From NCBI GenBank assembly GCA_036555645.1, contig DATBLA010000040.1, positions 3,839 to 67,838 on the forward strand: a stretch of 64,000 nucleotides of DNA. Reading direction: 5' to 3'. Below, piece by piece: positions 15,482-24,834 of this stretch. Every line of letters begins with the position of its first letter. Within the stretch, counting starts at the first letter, position 1. Source of the DNA: Actinomycetota bacterium. GTDB taxonomy: Bacteria > Actinomycetota > UBA4738 > HRBIN12. The notes below the pieces were generated by a model. It was not told where the DNA came from. It saw nothing but the letters and a program-made list of their open reading frames with translations, and did not search any database. Both the position numbers and the translations under genes were made by a program.

Positions 15482-18136
15482 TCAGACACCCGAGTACGCG
15501 ACGACGCCCCGGTTCACCGCCGCGACCGCGGCGCGAGCCACCTCCGACACCCCGGAGGGAGCCACGGCCTCGACCTGCCGGAGCAGATCGAGGAGCTGCT
15601 TGCAGTTGCGGACGAAGTCTCCGGGCGAGGTGCCGGTGTCGAGCATGACCTCCTCCAGCGGCTCCCCGAGCGCCCACCGGTGCACGGTCGTCGCGAAGCC
15701 GACGTCGAGCTCGCGGCACAGCTCCACGTGGTGCCGGTCCTCGACGGCTCGGATGCGCTTCCAGATCCGTTGGAGGGCTCGGTGGCGCTCGGCGGTCACC
15801 TCGGTGGGCATCTCGGCCGGGACCGGCACCCGCTCCCGGGACTCGTAGACGATCGTCGAGACGACCGCGGCCACCTCGGCCGGGTCCAGGCCGGCGAACA
15901 GCCCCTCCCCCAGCGCTTCCGCCACGAGGATGTCGCCCTCGCCGTACAGGCGCGCCAGCATCCGTCCCTTCGGGAGGATCGCGAAGTCCTCGACGTAGCC
16001 GAGCTCCTCGAGAACCCCCAGGACGCGATCGAACTGCCGTCCGAGCGTCTCGGTCCGGGTTCGGATCCTCCGCTCGACGCCCTCGATCTGCCGGCCGAGC
16101 TGCGACGCCCGGGCGGCCCAGCGCTCGTGGTCGGCGCGATCGGGGCAGTCGTGACACGGATGCTCCTTCGCCGACGCCTCGAGCCGGGTCGCCTCGCGCT
16201 CCACCTCCGCGTCGACGGCCGGCCGCGGCGCCCGCGCCGGTCGAACGTCGAGGGCGACGAGCCGCGCCGCCACGTCGCGCCGGTACCGCGCGCTCCGGAC
16301 GCTGCCGGACCGCGGCAGCGGGATCCTCGTCACCGCCGCCGGCGCGTCGTCGAAGTCGCGAGTGGACAGCCGGAAGAACCGCCGGTCCTGGGCGAGCACC
16401 GTCGGCCGGCCGTCGCGGTTCGTCACGACCACGGCCAGCCCCCGCCGTCTCGCGCGCGGCACGAAGATCACGTCGCCGGGCCGCAGGGAGGTGAGCGACG
16501 TCCGGACGGCGTCGGCCCGCGCCCGTTCGCCGCCCAGTCGCGCGTTCCGGCGAACATCCTCCGCGCCCTCCCGGAGCGCCCAGTACTCGGCGAAATCGCC
16601 CCGGTCGCATGTCATCTGCTTCCGGTAGCCGGCCAGGAAGGCCTTGTCTCGCTCGAGCTGCCGCTCGAGGGCCACGACGCCGCGGTCGGCCAGGAACTGC
16701 GCGAACGAGGAGTTCAGCAGGTGATGCGCCTCCTCGCGCGAGTAGTTCCGTACGAGGTTCACGGCCATGTTGTACGAGGGGCGGAACGACGAGGAGAGCT
16801 CGTACGTGCGCGTCGAGGCGAGCGAGGCCACCCGCTCGAACGGCACCTGACGCTGGAACACCACCACCGCGTGGCCGAGCTCGTCGATCCCGCGCCGTCC
16901 CGCGCGGCCGGTGAGCTGCGTGTACTCACCCGGCGTGAGGAGCTCGTGGCGCTCGCCCTGGAACTTCCACAGGTCCTCGAGCACGACCGATCGCGCCGGC
17001 ATGTTGATCCCGAGCGAGAGGGTCTCGGTCGCGAACACGACCTTCACGAGGCCCGCCTCGAACAGCTCCTCCACGGTCTCCTTGAAGGCCGGGAGCATGC
17101 CGGCGTGGTGCGCCGCCACGCCGGCGGCGAGCGCCTCCTGGAACTCGTAGAAGCCCAGCGTCTTCAGGTCGGCGTCGTCCATCCACGCCGCCCGCATCTC
17201 GGCGAACGCGCGGATCCGGCCGGCCTCCTCCGGCGTCGTGAGCCGCAGGCCGGCCTCCATCATCCAGGCGACGCTGCGGTCACAACCAGCCCGGCTGAAC
17301 ACGAAGTAGATGGCCGGCAGCAGGTCCGCCCGCGAGAGCGTCTCGACGACCTCCTCGCGGCGGGGCACGTAGACGCGACGGTGCCCTTCGCGTGGTCTCG
17401 GGATCCGCTGATGCTGCGCCGTCCCGGACCCGCGCCGGTGGTACGTCTTGTAGCGGACCTCCTCCCGGTCGAGCGAGACGATGTAGGGGTTCGGGATGAG
17501 CAGGCCGCGCTCCTCGACGTGCATCGGGTGCAGGTCCCGCCCGACCAGGTAGTGATGCTCGAGCGGGACCGGTCGCCGCTCCTCGATGACGACGCGGGTC
17601 GCTCCACGCAGCGTCCCGATCCACTCTCCGAACTCCTCCGCGTTCGAGATGGTCGCCGACAGGCACACGACCGACACGGAGAGCGGCAGGTGGATGAGCA
17701 CCTCCTCCCAGACCGCTCCGCGGTACGGATCCTGGAGGTAGTGGACCTCGTCCATGACGACCGAGACGAGCCCCGCGAGCGCGTCGCTGCGCTCGTAGAG
17801 CATGTTGCGGAGCACCTCGGTCGTCATGACCACGACGGGCGCGTCTCCGTTGATCGAGTTGTCGCCCGTGAGCAGGCCCACCTTCGCCGCGCCGAGCCTG
17901 GCGACGAGATCGCCGAACTTCTGGTTCGACAGGGCCTTCAGCGGGGTCGTGTAGAAGCACTTGCCGCCGATCTCGATCGCGCGATCGACGGCGTACTCGG
18001 CGACCACGGTCTTCCCGGATCCGGTGGGGGCCGCGACGAGCACCGACTCTCCCGCCGCAACGGCGTCGATCGCCCGCATCTGGAACGCGTCCAGGGCGAA
18101 CGGGTACCGCGAGGCGAACACGGTCGGGTCGGTCAC
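15482..18136 (-). CDS. helY: Ski2-like DEAD/DEAH-box RNA helicase HelY
   Basis: Walker A AAPTGSGKT, DEVH box, SAT, helicase C motifs, long C-terminal DSHCT-like region. 884 aa. Sits next to tatC as in the mycobacterial helY-tatCA-pafABC synteny. Confidence 0.85.
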   Translation of the reverse strand: MTDPTVFASRYPFALDAFQMRAIDAVAAGESVLVAAPTGSGKTVVAEYAVDRAIEIGGKCFYTTPLKALSNQKFGDLVARLGAAKVGLLTGDNSINGDAPVVVMTTEVLRNMLYERSDALAGLVSVVMDEVHYLQDPYRGAVWEEVLIHLPLSVSVVCLSATISNAEEFGEWIGTLRGATRVVIEERRPVPLEHHYLVGRDLHPMHVEERGLLIPNPYIVSLDREEVRYKTYHRRGSGTAQHQRIPRPREGHRRVYVPRREEVVETLSRADLLPAIYFVFSRAGCDRSVAWMMEAGLRLTTPEEAGRIRAFAEMRAAWMDDADLKTLGFYEFQEALAAGVAAHHAGMLPAFKETVEELFEAGLVKVVFATETLSLGINMPARSVVLEDLWKFQGERHELLTPGEYTQLTGRAGRRGIDELGHAVVVFQRQVPFERVASLASTRTYELSSSFRPSYNMAVNLVRNYSREEAHHLLNSSFAQFLADRGVVALERQLERDKAFLAGYRKQMTCDRGDFAEYWALREGAEDVRRNARLGGERARADAVRTSLTSLRPGDVIFVPRARRRGLAVVVTNRDGRPTVLAQDRRFFRLSTRDFDDAPAAVTRIPLPRSGSVRSARYRRDVAARLVALDVRPARAPRPAVDAEVEREATRLEASAKEHPCHDCPDRADHERWAARASQLGRQIEGVERRIRTRTETLGRQFDRVLGVLEELGYVEDFAILPKGRMLARLYGEGDILVAEALGEGLFAGLDPAEVAAVVSTIVYESRERVPVPAEMPTEVTAERHRALQRIWKRIRAVEDRHHVELCRELDVGFATTVHRWALGEPLEEVMLDTGTSPGDFVRNCKQLLDLLRQVEAVAPSGVSEVARAAVAAVNRGVVAYSGV

Positions 18137-18181
18137 GTGGACGAGTGTACGGGCGACCCGAAGGCCGGCCGGGGCGCCGAC

Positions 18182-18916
18182 TCAGCCGAGCCCGCAGGCC
18201 TCCAGGTGCCCCAGCAGGGCGGCGTTGAACGCCTCGGCCGCCTCGAGGTTCGACAGATGGCCGGCCCCCTCGATGACCTCCACGCCCGCGCCCGGGATGT
18301 GTGACGCCATCTCGACCGAGATCTCCGGAGCGATGAGGCCGTCCTGCGAGGAGGTGACGACGAGCGTCGGGACGTCGATCGTCGGCAGGTCGGGGCTGGA
18401 GTCGGGCCGCTCGGCCATCCCGCGCAGCGCCGCCGCGATCGAAGCCGGCGGCTGGTCGGCGATCCACCCGCTCACGCGCTCGCGCACGTCCGCCGGCGCG
18501 TCCGGGGACAGGAGCGGAGGAGGCTCGGCCGCCACGACGTTGCCCTCCCGCAGGAGGCGCTCGGCGAGCGCGCGGCGCCCGCTCGCGGCCTCCTCCGAGT
18601 CCGCCACCGCCCGCGTGTTCGCCAGGACGAGACCTCGCACCCGCTCACGCGCCCGGCGCCACACCTCGAAGGCGACGTATCCCCCGATCGACAGCCCGCA
18701 TACCACCGCGCCCTCGATCGCGGCGTCGTCCAGCGCGGCGAGGGCTCGGTCGGCCGCGGCGCCCATCGTCATGACCTCTCCCGCGGACTCGGAGCCGCCG
18801 AACCCCGGCAGATCCGGCGCCGCCACGGGCACGCCCTGCGGGATCGCAGCCCGCTGCGGCTCCCACATGCGCGCATCGAGCGGCCACGCGTGCAGGAGCA
18901 GGAGGCCGTCGGCCAT
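18182..18916 (-). CDS. Alpha/beta hydrolase fold protein
   Basis: LLLLHAWPLDARMW, nucleophile elbow GLSIGG, C-terminal EGAGHLSNLEAAEAF (catalytic His region). The ORF-track entry 18182..20224 is over-extended through tatC on another frame. Confidence 0.7.
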   Translation of the reverse strand: MADGLLLLHAWPLDARMWEPQRAAIPQGVPVAAPDLPGFGGSESAGEVMTMGAAADRALAALDDAAIEGAVVCGLSIGGYVAFEVWRRARERVRGLVLANTRAVADSEEAASGRRALAERLLREGNVVAAEPPPLLSPDAPADVRERVSGWIADQPPASIAAALRGMAERPDSSPDLPTIDVPTLVVTSSQDGLIAPEISVEMASHIPGAGVEVIEGAGHLSNLEAAEAFNAALLGHLEACGLG

Positions 18917-19665
18917 CAGGAGCCCGTCGGGATCGGGAGCTGACCTTCGGCGGGATCCACGGGCTGGAAGACGCCGGCCTTCGTCTGCGCGTTGAGGTAG
19001 TCGCTGTAGCCGCGGGCGAAGACCTCGTCGGCCGAGCTCAGCAGGTTCGACGTGATCTCCAGGAGGTCGGCCCGCTGGCTCCCCTCCGCCTGCGCCGCCT
19101 GGCTCAGGAGCGTCGCCGTCTGCTCGTAGAGCTGCACGCCGCGGAGCATGTTGCCCTTCGCATCGATCACGTTGAGGACGAACGCTTCGGAGAAGCCCTG
19201 GCCCCGGACGATCTCGGCCTCGTCGATGTCGCCGAGCGCCTCGGCGGCCTCGACGGCCGAGGCGGAGGCGTCGTCGGCCGTCGAGATGATCTCGTCCACG
19301 TCGACCGGGTTGCCCTCCCCCTCGTTCTGCAGATCGGTGACGGCGGTCGCGAGCTCCGGGAACGCCTGGAACGCCGCCGGCGGCACCGGCTGGCCGATCG
19401 CGCCGAGGATCGGCTCCACCTGGCCCTGCAGCTCCGTGACGGCCGTCCGCATGCGCTGTTCGAGCTCGTCCTGCTCGTCGGCGTTTCGCTGGAGCACGAA
19501 CCCGACGACGAGACCGGCGACGAGGAGCACGCCGAGCGCGCACGCGACGCCGATCCAGAACCCCCTGCGAGCCAGGAGCGGCGTGCGGACGGGCACGTAC
19601 GCGGGCTTTGGCCCGCGCGTGACGGGTTTCGTGCTCCGGGTCTTGCTCTTGCCCTTGATCGCCAT
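18916..19665 (-). CDS. N-terminally membrane-anchored hypothetical protein (249 aa)
   Basis: Basic N-terminus, single TM (GFWIGVACALGVLLVAGLVVGFVL), then an acidic coiled region. Good GC3 bias. 1-nt stop/start overlap with the downstream hydrolase. Confidence 0.5.
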   Translation of the reverse strand: MAIKGKSKTRSTKPVTRGPKPAYVPVRTPLLARRGFWIGVACALGVLLVAGLVVGFVLQRNADEQDELEQRMRTAVTELQGQVEPILGAIGQPVPPAAFQAFPELATAVTDLQNEGEGNPVDVDEIISTADDASASAVEAAEALGDIDEAEIVRGQGFSEAFVLNVIDAKGNMLRGVQLYEQTATLLSQAAQAEGSQRADLLEITSNLLSSADEVFARGYSDYLNAQTKAGVFQPVDPAEGQLPIPTGS

Positions 19666-19674
19666 GACGAAGCC

Positions 19675-20454
19675 CTATCGGTCCATGAGACGGCCAACGA
19701 TGATAGCGGCTTCGTAGAACAGCACGAGGGGGATCGTCATCGCGAGCATCGTGTACGGATCGGCGCTCGGCGTGATGATCGCCGCGAAGATGCAGATCGC
19801 CAGGATCGCCGGCCGGCGCCAGTCCCGCAGCTGGCGGGTGCTCACGACCCCCGCCATCGTGAGGAAGATGAGGCCGATCGGGAACTCGAAGGCCAGGCCG
19901 AACGACAGCGCCACCAGCATGACGAAGGACAGGAACTTGTCCCCCGTGAGCAGCGGGACGAACTGCTCCCCGGCGAACCCGAGGAGGAACTGCAGGCCCT
20001 TCGGGAGGGTCCAGTAGGCGAACGCGGCGCCGAGCGCGAACAGGAACACGGAGCAGACCACGAACGGGATCGCGAGCCGGCGCTCTCGCTGCGTCAGCCC
20101 GGGCACGATGAACGCCCACAGCTGGTACAGGATGACCGGGAGTGCGATGAACAGGCCGATGAACACCACGAGCTTGAACTTGATCAGGACCGAGTCGATG
20201 GCCCCCACGAAGAACAGGGCGCACTCCTGCGTCGGTCGCACGGTCGGAGGGACGGTCTCCCAGTAGTCGCAGTAGGGACCGAGCAGGAGATCGACGACCG
20301 GCTCGTACAGCACCCAGCCGACCAGCGCCCCGGCGGTCAGGGCCGCGAGACAGATGATGAGCCGCGACCGCAGCTCGGTGAGATGCTCGACGAGGGACAT
20401 CGTCCCTTCGTCTTCCTTCTTGGAGCGGCGGAGCCGGTCCGGGATGAGCTTCAT
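19675..20454 (-). CDS. tatC: Sec-independent protein translocase TatC (start may be the internal MSLVEHLTELRSRL at ~20400)
   Basis: MSLVEHLTELRSRL..., six predicted TMs, conserved PxGLxFxxG-like FPIGLIFLTMAGVV. Confidence 0.9.
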   Translation of the reverse strand: MKLIPDRLRRSKKEDEGTMSLVEHLTELRSRLIICLAALTAGALVGWVLYEPVVDLLLGPYCDYWETVPPTVRPTQECALFFVGAIDSVLIKFKLVVFIGLFIALPVILYQLWAFIVPGLTQRERRLAIPFVVCSVFLFALGAAFAYWTLPKGLQFLLGFAGEQFVPLLTGDKFLSFVMLVALSFGLAFEFPIGLIFLTMAGVVSTRQLRDWRRPAILAICIFAAIITPSADPYTMLAMTIPLVLFYEAAIIVGRLMDR

Positions 20455-20469
20455 CGCGCGCCCGCGGCC

Positions 20470-20967
20470 TCAGCCGCCCACGGGCTCCGACCCCGGGCTC
20501 GCATCCGCGGACGGGGCCGGTTCGGGGGGGCGGGGTGCGGCGGGGCGGTCGCGCTCGGGGGTGCTTCGCGCCGGATCCGGGAGATCGACGCGGAACGAAC
20601 GCTGCACCTCCTGCTTGGCTCGCTTCAGCTCGGCGAGGCTCGCCCCGAGCGTCCGGGAGATCTCCCTCACGTCGCTCGCCGGCACCGGCTCGGAGGCCGT
20701 GGGAACAGGGTCGCCGACCGGCGCGCCGTCGCCGGCGGCGGCCGCCGGCTCGGACCGCGTCACCCCACGCGTGCCGCGAGCGCCGTTGTCCGCGGGCGGC
20801 TCGTCCAGGCCATCCTTGACGGTCTGCTTCACCTCGTCCTGGACGCGGCGGATCTCACGCAGCCCTTTCCCGATCGAGCGCCCGATCTCCGGGAGGCGGC
20901 GAGGGCCCACCACGATCAGGGCCACGACCAGGATGAGCAGGAGCTCCTGAGGACCGATGTTGAGCAT
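20470..20967 (-). CDS. tatA: Sec-independent translocase TatA/E with unusually long Pro/Ala/Glu-rich C-terminal tail
   Basis: MLNIGPQELLLILVVALIVVGPRRLPEIGRSIGKGLREIRRV is the canonical TatA TM plus amphipathic helix. ~165 aa from the MLNIG start. Confidence 0.85.
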   Translation of the reverse strand: MLNIGPQELLLILVVALIVVGPRRLPEIGRSIGKGLREIRRVQDEVKQTVKDGLDEPPADNGARGTRGVTRSEPAAAAGDGAPVGDPVPTASEPVPASDVREISRTLGASLAELKRAKQEVQRSFRVDLPDPARSTPERDRPAAPRPPEPAPSADASPGSEPVGG

Positions 20968-21058
20968 CGCTACCGTCCCGCCGTCCGAGGCCACGGGCCG
21001 CAGGCGCCCGCCCGTCCGGAACCTCCGTGCCAGGGAGGCTCATGGTACCGCCGGACCT

Positions 21059-21283
21059 TCACGATCGGTCGAAGGGTCGCTCGTGCGCCAGATCCTGCGA
21101 TCGGGCCGAGGCGCGGTCGGTCTCGAGGTTGATCTCTTCCGAGAGGGCCCCGACCTCGTCCTGGAACCGGCCGATCGCCCGCCACAGGACGAACAGGTGC
21201 CGGATCAGCGCGATGAGCACGGCCCCGACGGCCGCGATCGTCAACAGTCCGATCACGAGCCACACGACCGATGGGGTGGACAT
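21059..21283 (-). CDS. Small single-TM membrane protein (74 aa), hypothetical
   Basis: VVWLVIGLLTIAAVGAVLIALI TM. Strong GC3 bias. Confidence 0.45.
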   Translation of the reverse strand: MSTPSVVWLVIGLLTIAAVGAVLIALIRHLFVLWRAIGRFQDEVGALSEEINLETDRASARSQDLAHERPFDRS

Positions 21284-21336
21284 GGTCCGATGCTAGACCA
21301 CGGGCTCGGAGCGGGGTGGGTCCGGGGCCGGCCACG

Positions 21337-21696
21337 CTACTGCTTGGCCAGGAACTCCTGGATGTAGCGGTCGTCCTCGAGCTTGAAGTGGAAGTCGATG
21401 ACGTCGTCGATCGTGAACGCCGGTCCCGGCGGGAGCGGACCGCGAGGGTCCTCGAGCTCGGGCTCGACCTCGAACAGCTCTGTCGGGTGGCCGCCTCGGC
21501 CGGCGACATCGACCCCGGCGGACACGAGCAGGGCGACGATCTTGCGGTCCGCGCGCTTCTCGACCGGCTCCATGCAGGTCGGGCAGTCGAAGCGGTAGGT
21601 CCCCTCACGCCCGCCCCTCACGACCTGCAGGAGGATGGACTCGGGGCCCATGTCGACCTCTCCGCAGCGGGGGCATGTGGTCCGGATCGTGGTCAT
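21337..21696 (-). CDS. Zinc-ribbon protein, DUF3039-like
   Basis: CPRCGE...CPTCMEP paired CxxC. 119 aa, acidic C-terminus. Position between tatA and pafC matches conserved actinobacterial neighbourhoods. Confidence 0.55.
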   Translation of the reverse strand: MTTIRTTCPRCGEVDMGPESILLQVVRGGREGTYRFDCPTCMEPVEKRADRKIVALLVSAGVDVAGRGGHPTELFEVEPELEDPRGPLPPGPAFTIDDVIDFHFKLEDDRYIQEFLAKQ

Positions 21697-21714
21697 GACT
21701 CCCGCTGTATCGGA

Positions 21715-21742
21715 ACCGGCTCAACCACGCTTGAGCCCGTGA
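21715..21742. terminator. Short hairpin GGCTCAA-CCACGC-TTGAGCC downstream of pafC
   Basis: 7-bp inverted repeat read directly in the 21697-21760 intergenic region. Confidence 0.25.
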
Positions 21743-21760
21743 GGCCACGAGGGGACTACC

Positions 21761-22720
21761 CTATCCGTACCGTTTCCGAGTCCGGCCGGCGAGCTCGCGA
21801 ACCCGGTCTTTCAGGTCCTCCGGCCCGACGATCCGTGCCTCCGGACCCAGTCGGAGGAGCAGCCGCTCGAGCCACTCCAGGCGCCCCGCCGGAAGCTCGA
21901 TCTCGAGGCCACCGTCGTCGAGCTCGACCTCCCGGACGGTCTCGTAGTACTCCGCGACCCATCGCGCCGCAGGGCTCAGGCGAAGCGTGACGGACACGTC
22001 GTCGACGCCGGGCGTGTACAGGGGTCGCCCCGCGCCCTCGAGGCCCCGGGGCTCGAACCGAGCACCGGTCGGCTCGGCGGAGCGGATCCGGTCGGCGCGG
22101 AACAACCGCTCGCCGCCGGACCGGTGGTCCCACGCCGCCACGTACCAGTTCCCGATCGCGGAGAAGACCTCCTCCGGGTCGACCTCGCGCTCGGTGGTCT
22201 CGGCGCCGGACGCCGCGTAGTAGGCGATCCGAAGGCGCTCGTGGTCGGTCGCCGCGCGCCGCAGGATCCCGAGGGTCTCCACGATCCGCCCGCCCGCCGA
22301 TCCGACCCGCGCGGGCAGCTCGCCGAGGGCGTCGGGTCCGAGGCCCGCTTCGAGCTTGGCCAGCGCCGACGACAGCGCGGACGCCTCCTCGAGGCCTGGC
22401 TCGTCGGCGAGGGCGGCGCCGCGGACGTAGATCGCCAGCGCCTCGCTGCGCGTGAGCCGCACCGGCCGCCCGAAGTAATCCGCCATCGCGATCCAGATCC
22501 GGCCGTCCTGGATGTCGACGTCGATGAGGTCGCCGGGGCCGTACGGCGGGAGCCCCGAGACGAACAGGAGGTCCAGATCGGACAGGAGATCGGCCTCGGT
22601 CACGCCGAACAGCTCCGACGCCTCCTCGACCGAGGTCCCCGGATGCTGGACGAGGAACGGGACGACCGACAGGAGCCGGCGCAGGCGATCCGATGCCCTG
22701 CCCGGCTGCCGCCGGGTCAC
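21761..22720 (-). CDS. pafC: Proteasome accessory factor PafC (HTH + WYL domain). Start GTG ~22720 or TTG ~22768
   Basis: RLRRLLSVVPFLVQHPGTSVEEASELFGVTEADLLSDL (wHTH), WYL-like region GNWYVAAWDHRSGGERLFRADRI. The ORF-track 21761..23341 is over-extended. Confidence 0.85.
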   Translation of the reverse strand: MTRRQPGRASDRLRRLLSVVPFLVQHPGTSVEEASELFGVTEADLLSDLDLLFVSGLPPYGPGDLIDVDIQDGRIWIAMADYFGRPVRLTRSEALAIYVRGAALADEPGLEEASALSSALAKLEAGLGPDALGELPARVGSAGGRIVETLGILRRAATDHERLRIAYYAASGAETTEREVDPEEVFSAIGNWYVAAWDHRSGGERLFRADRIRSAEPTGARFEPRGLEGAGRPLYTPGVDDVSVTLRLSPAARWVAEYYETVREVELDDGGLEIELPAGRLEWLERLLLRLGPEARIVGPEDLKDRVRELAGRTRKRYG

Positions 22721-22757
22721 CGGCGCGGCCGCGCCTGCCGAGGACTCGCGATCGCCC

Positions 22758-23714
22758 TCAGGAGGCAAGGATCGCCTCGAGCCTGGCGACGACGTCCGCG
22801 CGGAGCGCCTCGGGCTCCACCGCCTCGGCGTCCGGGCCGAAGGACAGCACCCAGCCGGCCAGCGTCTCGTCCGCGTGCCACGGCATCCGAACCTCCAGCC
22901 ATCCGTCCCCGCGCTGGCCGAGCACCTCGACGCCGGCGATGCCCTGGGTCGCCCACCACGAGACCTCCGGCGAGAACGCCACCGTTGCCGTCGTCCTGGG
23001 CTCGCCCGGTCCCCACGGCCCGCCCTGCACGTGGTCCGCCGCACGGAACCCGTCCGGGGGCGGGCTCCCGTCTCCGGCCGCCTGCACCTCGCCCTCCATG
23101 CGCGACAGCCGGAAGGAACGGATCTCGCCCCGGTCCTGGTCGAGGCCGACGAGATACCAGCGCCCCGCCCGCAGCGCGAGCCCGAACGCGTCCACGGATC
23201 GCTCCGAGCGCTCCCCCCGCGAGGTCCGGTAGCCGAACCGGACCCGGCGCTGCGCCGCGACGGCCTCGGCGGCATCGACAAGATTGGGGTCCCGGGGACC
23301 GCCGAGCCCCGATCCGGCCAGGCCGGCCAGGACGCCTCCATCGGCGCCGGCCAGCAGCTTTCGAACCGCGTCCTCGGCCGGAGGGTCGCCCGCCGAGCGG
23401 ACCGCGACGAGCAGCGCCGAGATCTCCTCCCCCGTGAACGCGATGTCCGGCAGGTAGTAGCGATCCTTGTCGATCGCGTAGCCCTGCTCGACGTCCCAGG
23501 CGTCGGTCGCCACGACCTCGATCGGGACGCCGATGTCGCGCAGGACGTCCTTGTCCCGCTCGAACATGCGCTTGGCCGATGCGACGTCCTGGTGCCCGTA
23601 CCCCTCCGAGAGCTTGTCGCGGATCTGCTCGAAGGTGAGCGGGGTCCGGGACTCGAGCAGCAGGGCGACGAGGTTGACCAGGCGCTCGAGCGGGTGCATC
23701 GCGCGCGGCATCAT
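22758..23714 (-). CDS. pafB: Proteasome accessory factor PafB (HTH + WYL)
   Basis: MMPRAMHPLERLVNLVALLLESRTPLTFEQIRDKL, WYL region GRWYLVGLDQDRGEIRSFRLSRM. 318 aa. Confidence 0.85.
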   Translation of the reverse strand: MMPRAMHPLERLVNLVALLLESRTPLTFEQIRDKLSEGYGHQDVASAKRMFERDKDVLRDIGVPIEVVATDAWDVEQGYAIDKDRYYLPDIAFTGEEISALLVAVRSAGDPPAEDAVRKLLAGADGGVLAGLAGSGLGGPRDPNLVDAAEAVAAQRRVRFGYRTSRGERSERSVDAFGLALRAGRWYLVGLDQDRGEIRSFRLSRMEGEVQAAGDGSPPPDGFRAADHVQGGPWGPGEPRTTATVAFSPEVSWWATQGIAGVEVLGQRGDGWLEVRMPWHADETLAGWVLSFGPDAEAVEPEALRADVVARLEAILAS

Positions 23715-23723
23715 ACTTCCGCC

Positions 23724-24821
23724 ATGTCGCCCGACCGGCCCGACGTGCGCCTGCGCTACGGGAGGATCCTGCGGGTCGGCGAGCGGCGACCCGGGGCGGT
23801 GGAGCTCGAGGTGGAGGTGGAGGGCGCGACGGCCCCGGCGCTCGCCTACCCCGACCTCGTCGGACCCGTCTCCGAAGGCGACACCGTCGTCCTCAACACG
23901 ACCGCCGTGGCCCTGGGCCTCGGGACGGGCGGGATGCACCTCGTCGTCGCCGTCGCCGGGGCCTGGACGGATCTCGCCCACACCGGACGGACGATGAAGG
24001 CCCGGTACACGCCGGCCCAGGTCGCGGTCGTCTCGGTCGAGGAGTCCGAACGCGACACGCTCGAGGGTTCGCCAGGACTGCGAGGGGTCCCCGTCGTCTG
24101 CGCCCCCCTGCATTCGATGGTCGCGCCGGTCGCCGCCGGGGCCCGGGCGGCGGGTGCCGAGCGGATCGTCTACGTGATGACCGACGGCGCCTGCCTGCCC
24201 GGAGCGTTCTCGCGCCTGGTCCCCCGCCTTCGGGCAGCCGGCCTGCTCGACGCCTGGCTGACGGCCGGGCAGGCGTTCGGCGGCGAGCTCGAGGCCGTCA
24301 CGATCTGGAGCGCGCTCGTGGCCGCGGTCGAGGTCGCACGGGCCGACGTCGTGGTCGTCGCCGACGGGCCCGGGAACCTGGGCACCGACACGACGTGGGG
24401 CGTGAGCGCGCTCGGATCCGGCACCGCGATCAACGCGGCCCACACGCTCGGTGGCCGGCCCGTTGCGGCGCTCCGGATCTCGTTCGCCGACCCTCGTCCG
24501 CGTCATGCCGGCGTCTCGCACCACTCCCTCACGATCCTCGAGCGCGTGTGTCTCGTGCCGGCCACCGTCGTCGTCCCGGCGCTCGAGGGCGCCGAGCGGG
24601 ACCGCGTGTGGGACGCCCTGCGCGCCCGGGCCCTCGAGGATCGCCACCAGCTCGTGGAGGCGGACGGCCGTCCCGCCATGGACGCGCTCGAGCGCGCCGG
24701 CGTCGAGGTCGACTCGATGGGCCGCACGCCGGCGGAGGACCCCGTCTTCTTCCTCGCCGCCGGAGCCGCGGGCGTGGTGGCGGGGCGCATGGCGGCGGCG
24801 TCGAGGACCTGGCGCGCGTAG
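23724..24821 (+). CDS. DUF3866-like hypothetical protein, encoded antisense to the paf operon direction
   Basis: 365 aa with strong GC3 bias (MSPDRPDVRLRYGRILRVGE...VVLNTTAVALGLGTGGMHLVV...). Fills the 1.1-kb gap between pafB and pafA, where the minus strand has no clean frame. Confidence 0.6.
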   Translation: MSPDRPDVRLRYGRILRVGERRPGAVELEVEVEGATAPALAYPDLVGPVSEGDTVVLNTTAVALGLGTGGMHLVVAVAGAWTDLAHTGRTMKARYTPAQVAVVSVEESERDTLEGSPGLRGVPVVCAPLHSMVAPVAAGARAAGAERIVYVMTDGACLPGAFSRLVPRLRAAGLLDAWLTAGQAFGGELEAVTIWSALVAAVEVARADVVVVADGPGNLGTDTTWGVSALGSGTAINAAHTLGGRPVAALRISFADPRPRHAGVSHHSLTILERVCLVPATVVVPALEGAERDRVWDALRARALEDRHQLVEADGRPAMDALERAGVEVDSMGRTPAEDPVFFLAAGAAGVVAGRMAAASRTWRA

Positions 24822-24834
24822 CGCTCGCGCGCGC

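Noticed and set aside
15432-18467. 15432..16610(-), 15680..18304(+) and 17280..18467(-) ORFs over helY
   Set aside because: Antisense and alternate frames of helY. No helicase or other motifs.
18182-20224. 680-aa minus ORF spanning the hydrolase, the hypothetical gene and tatC
   Set aside because: Only the C-terminal 243 aa form an alpha/beta-hydrolase. The upstream part is an out-of-frame read through 18916..19665 and tatC.
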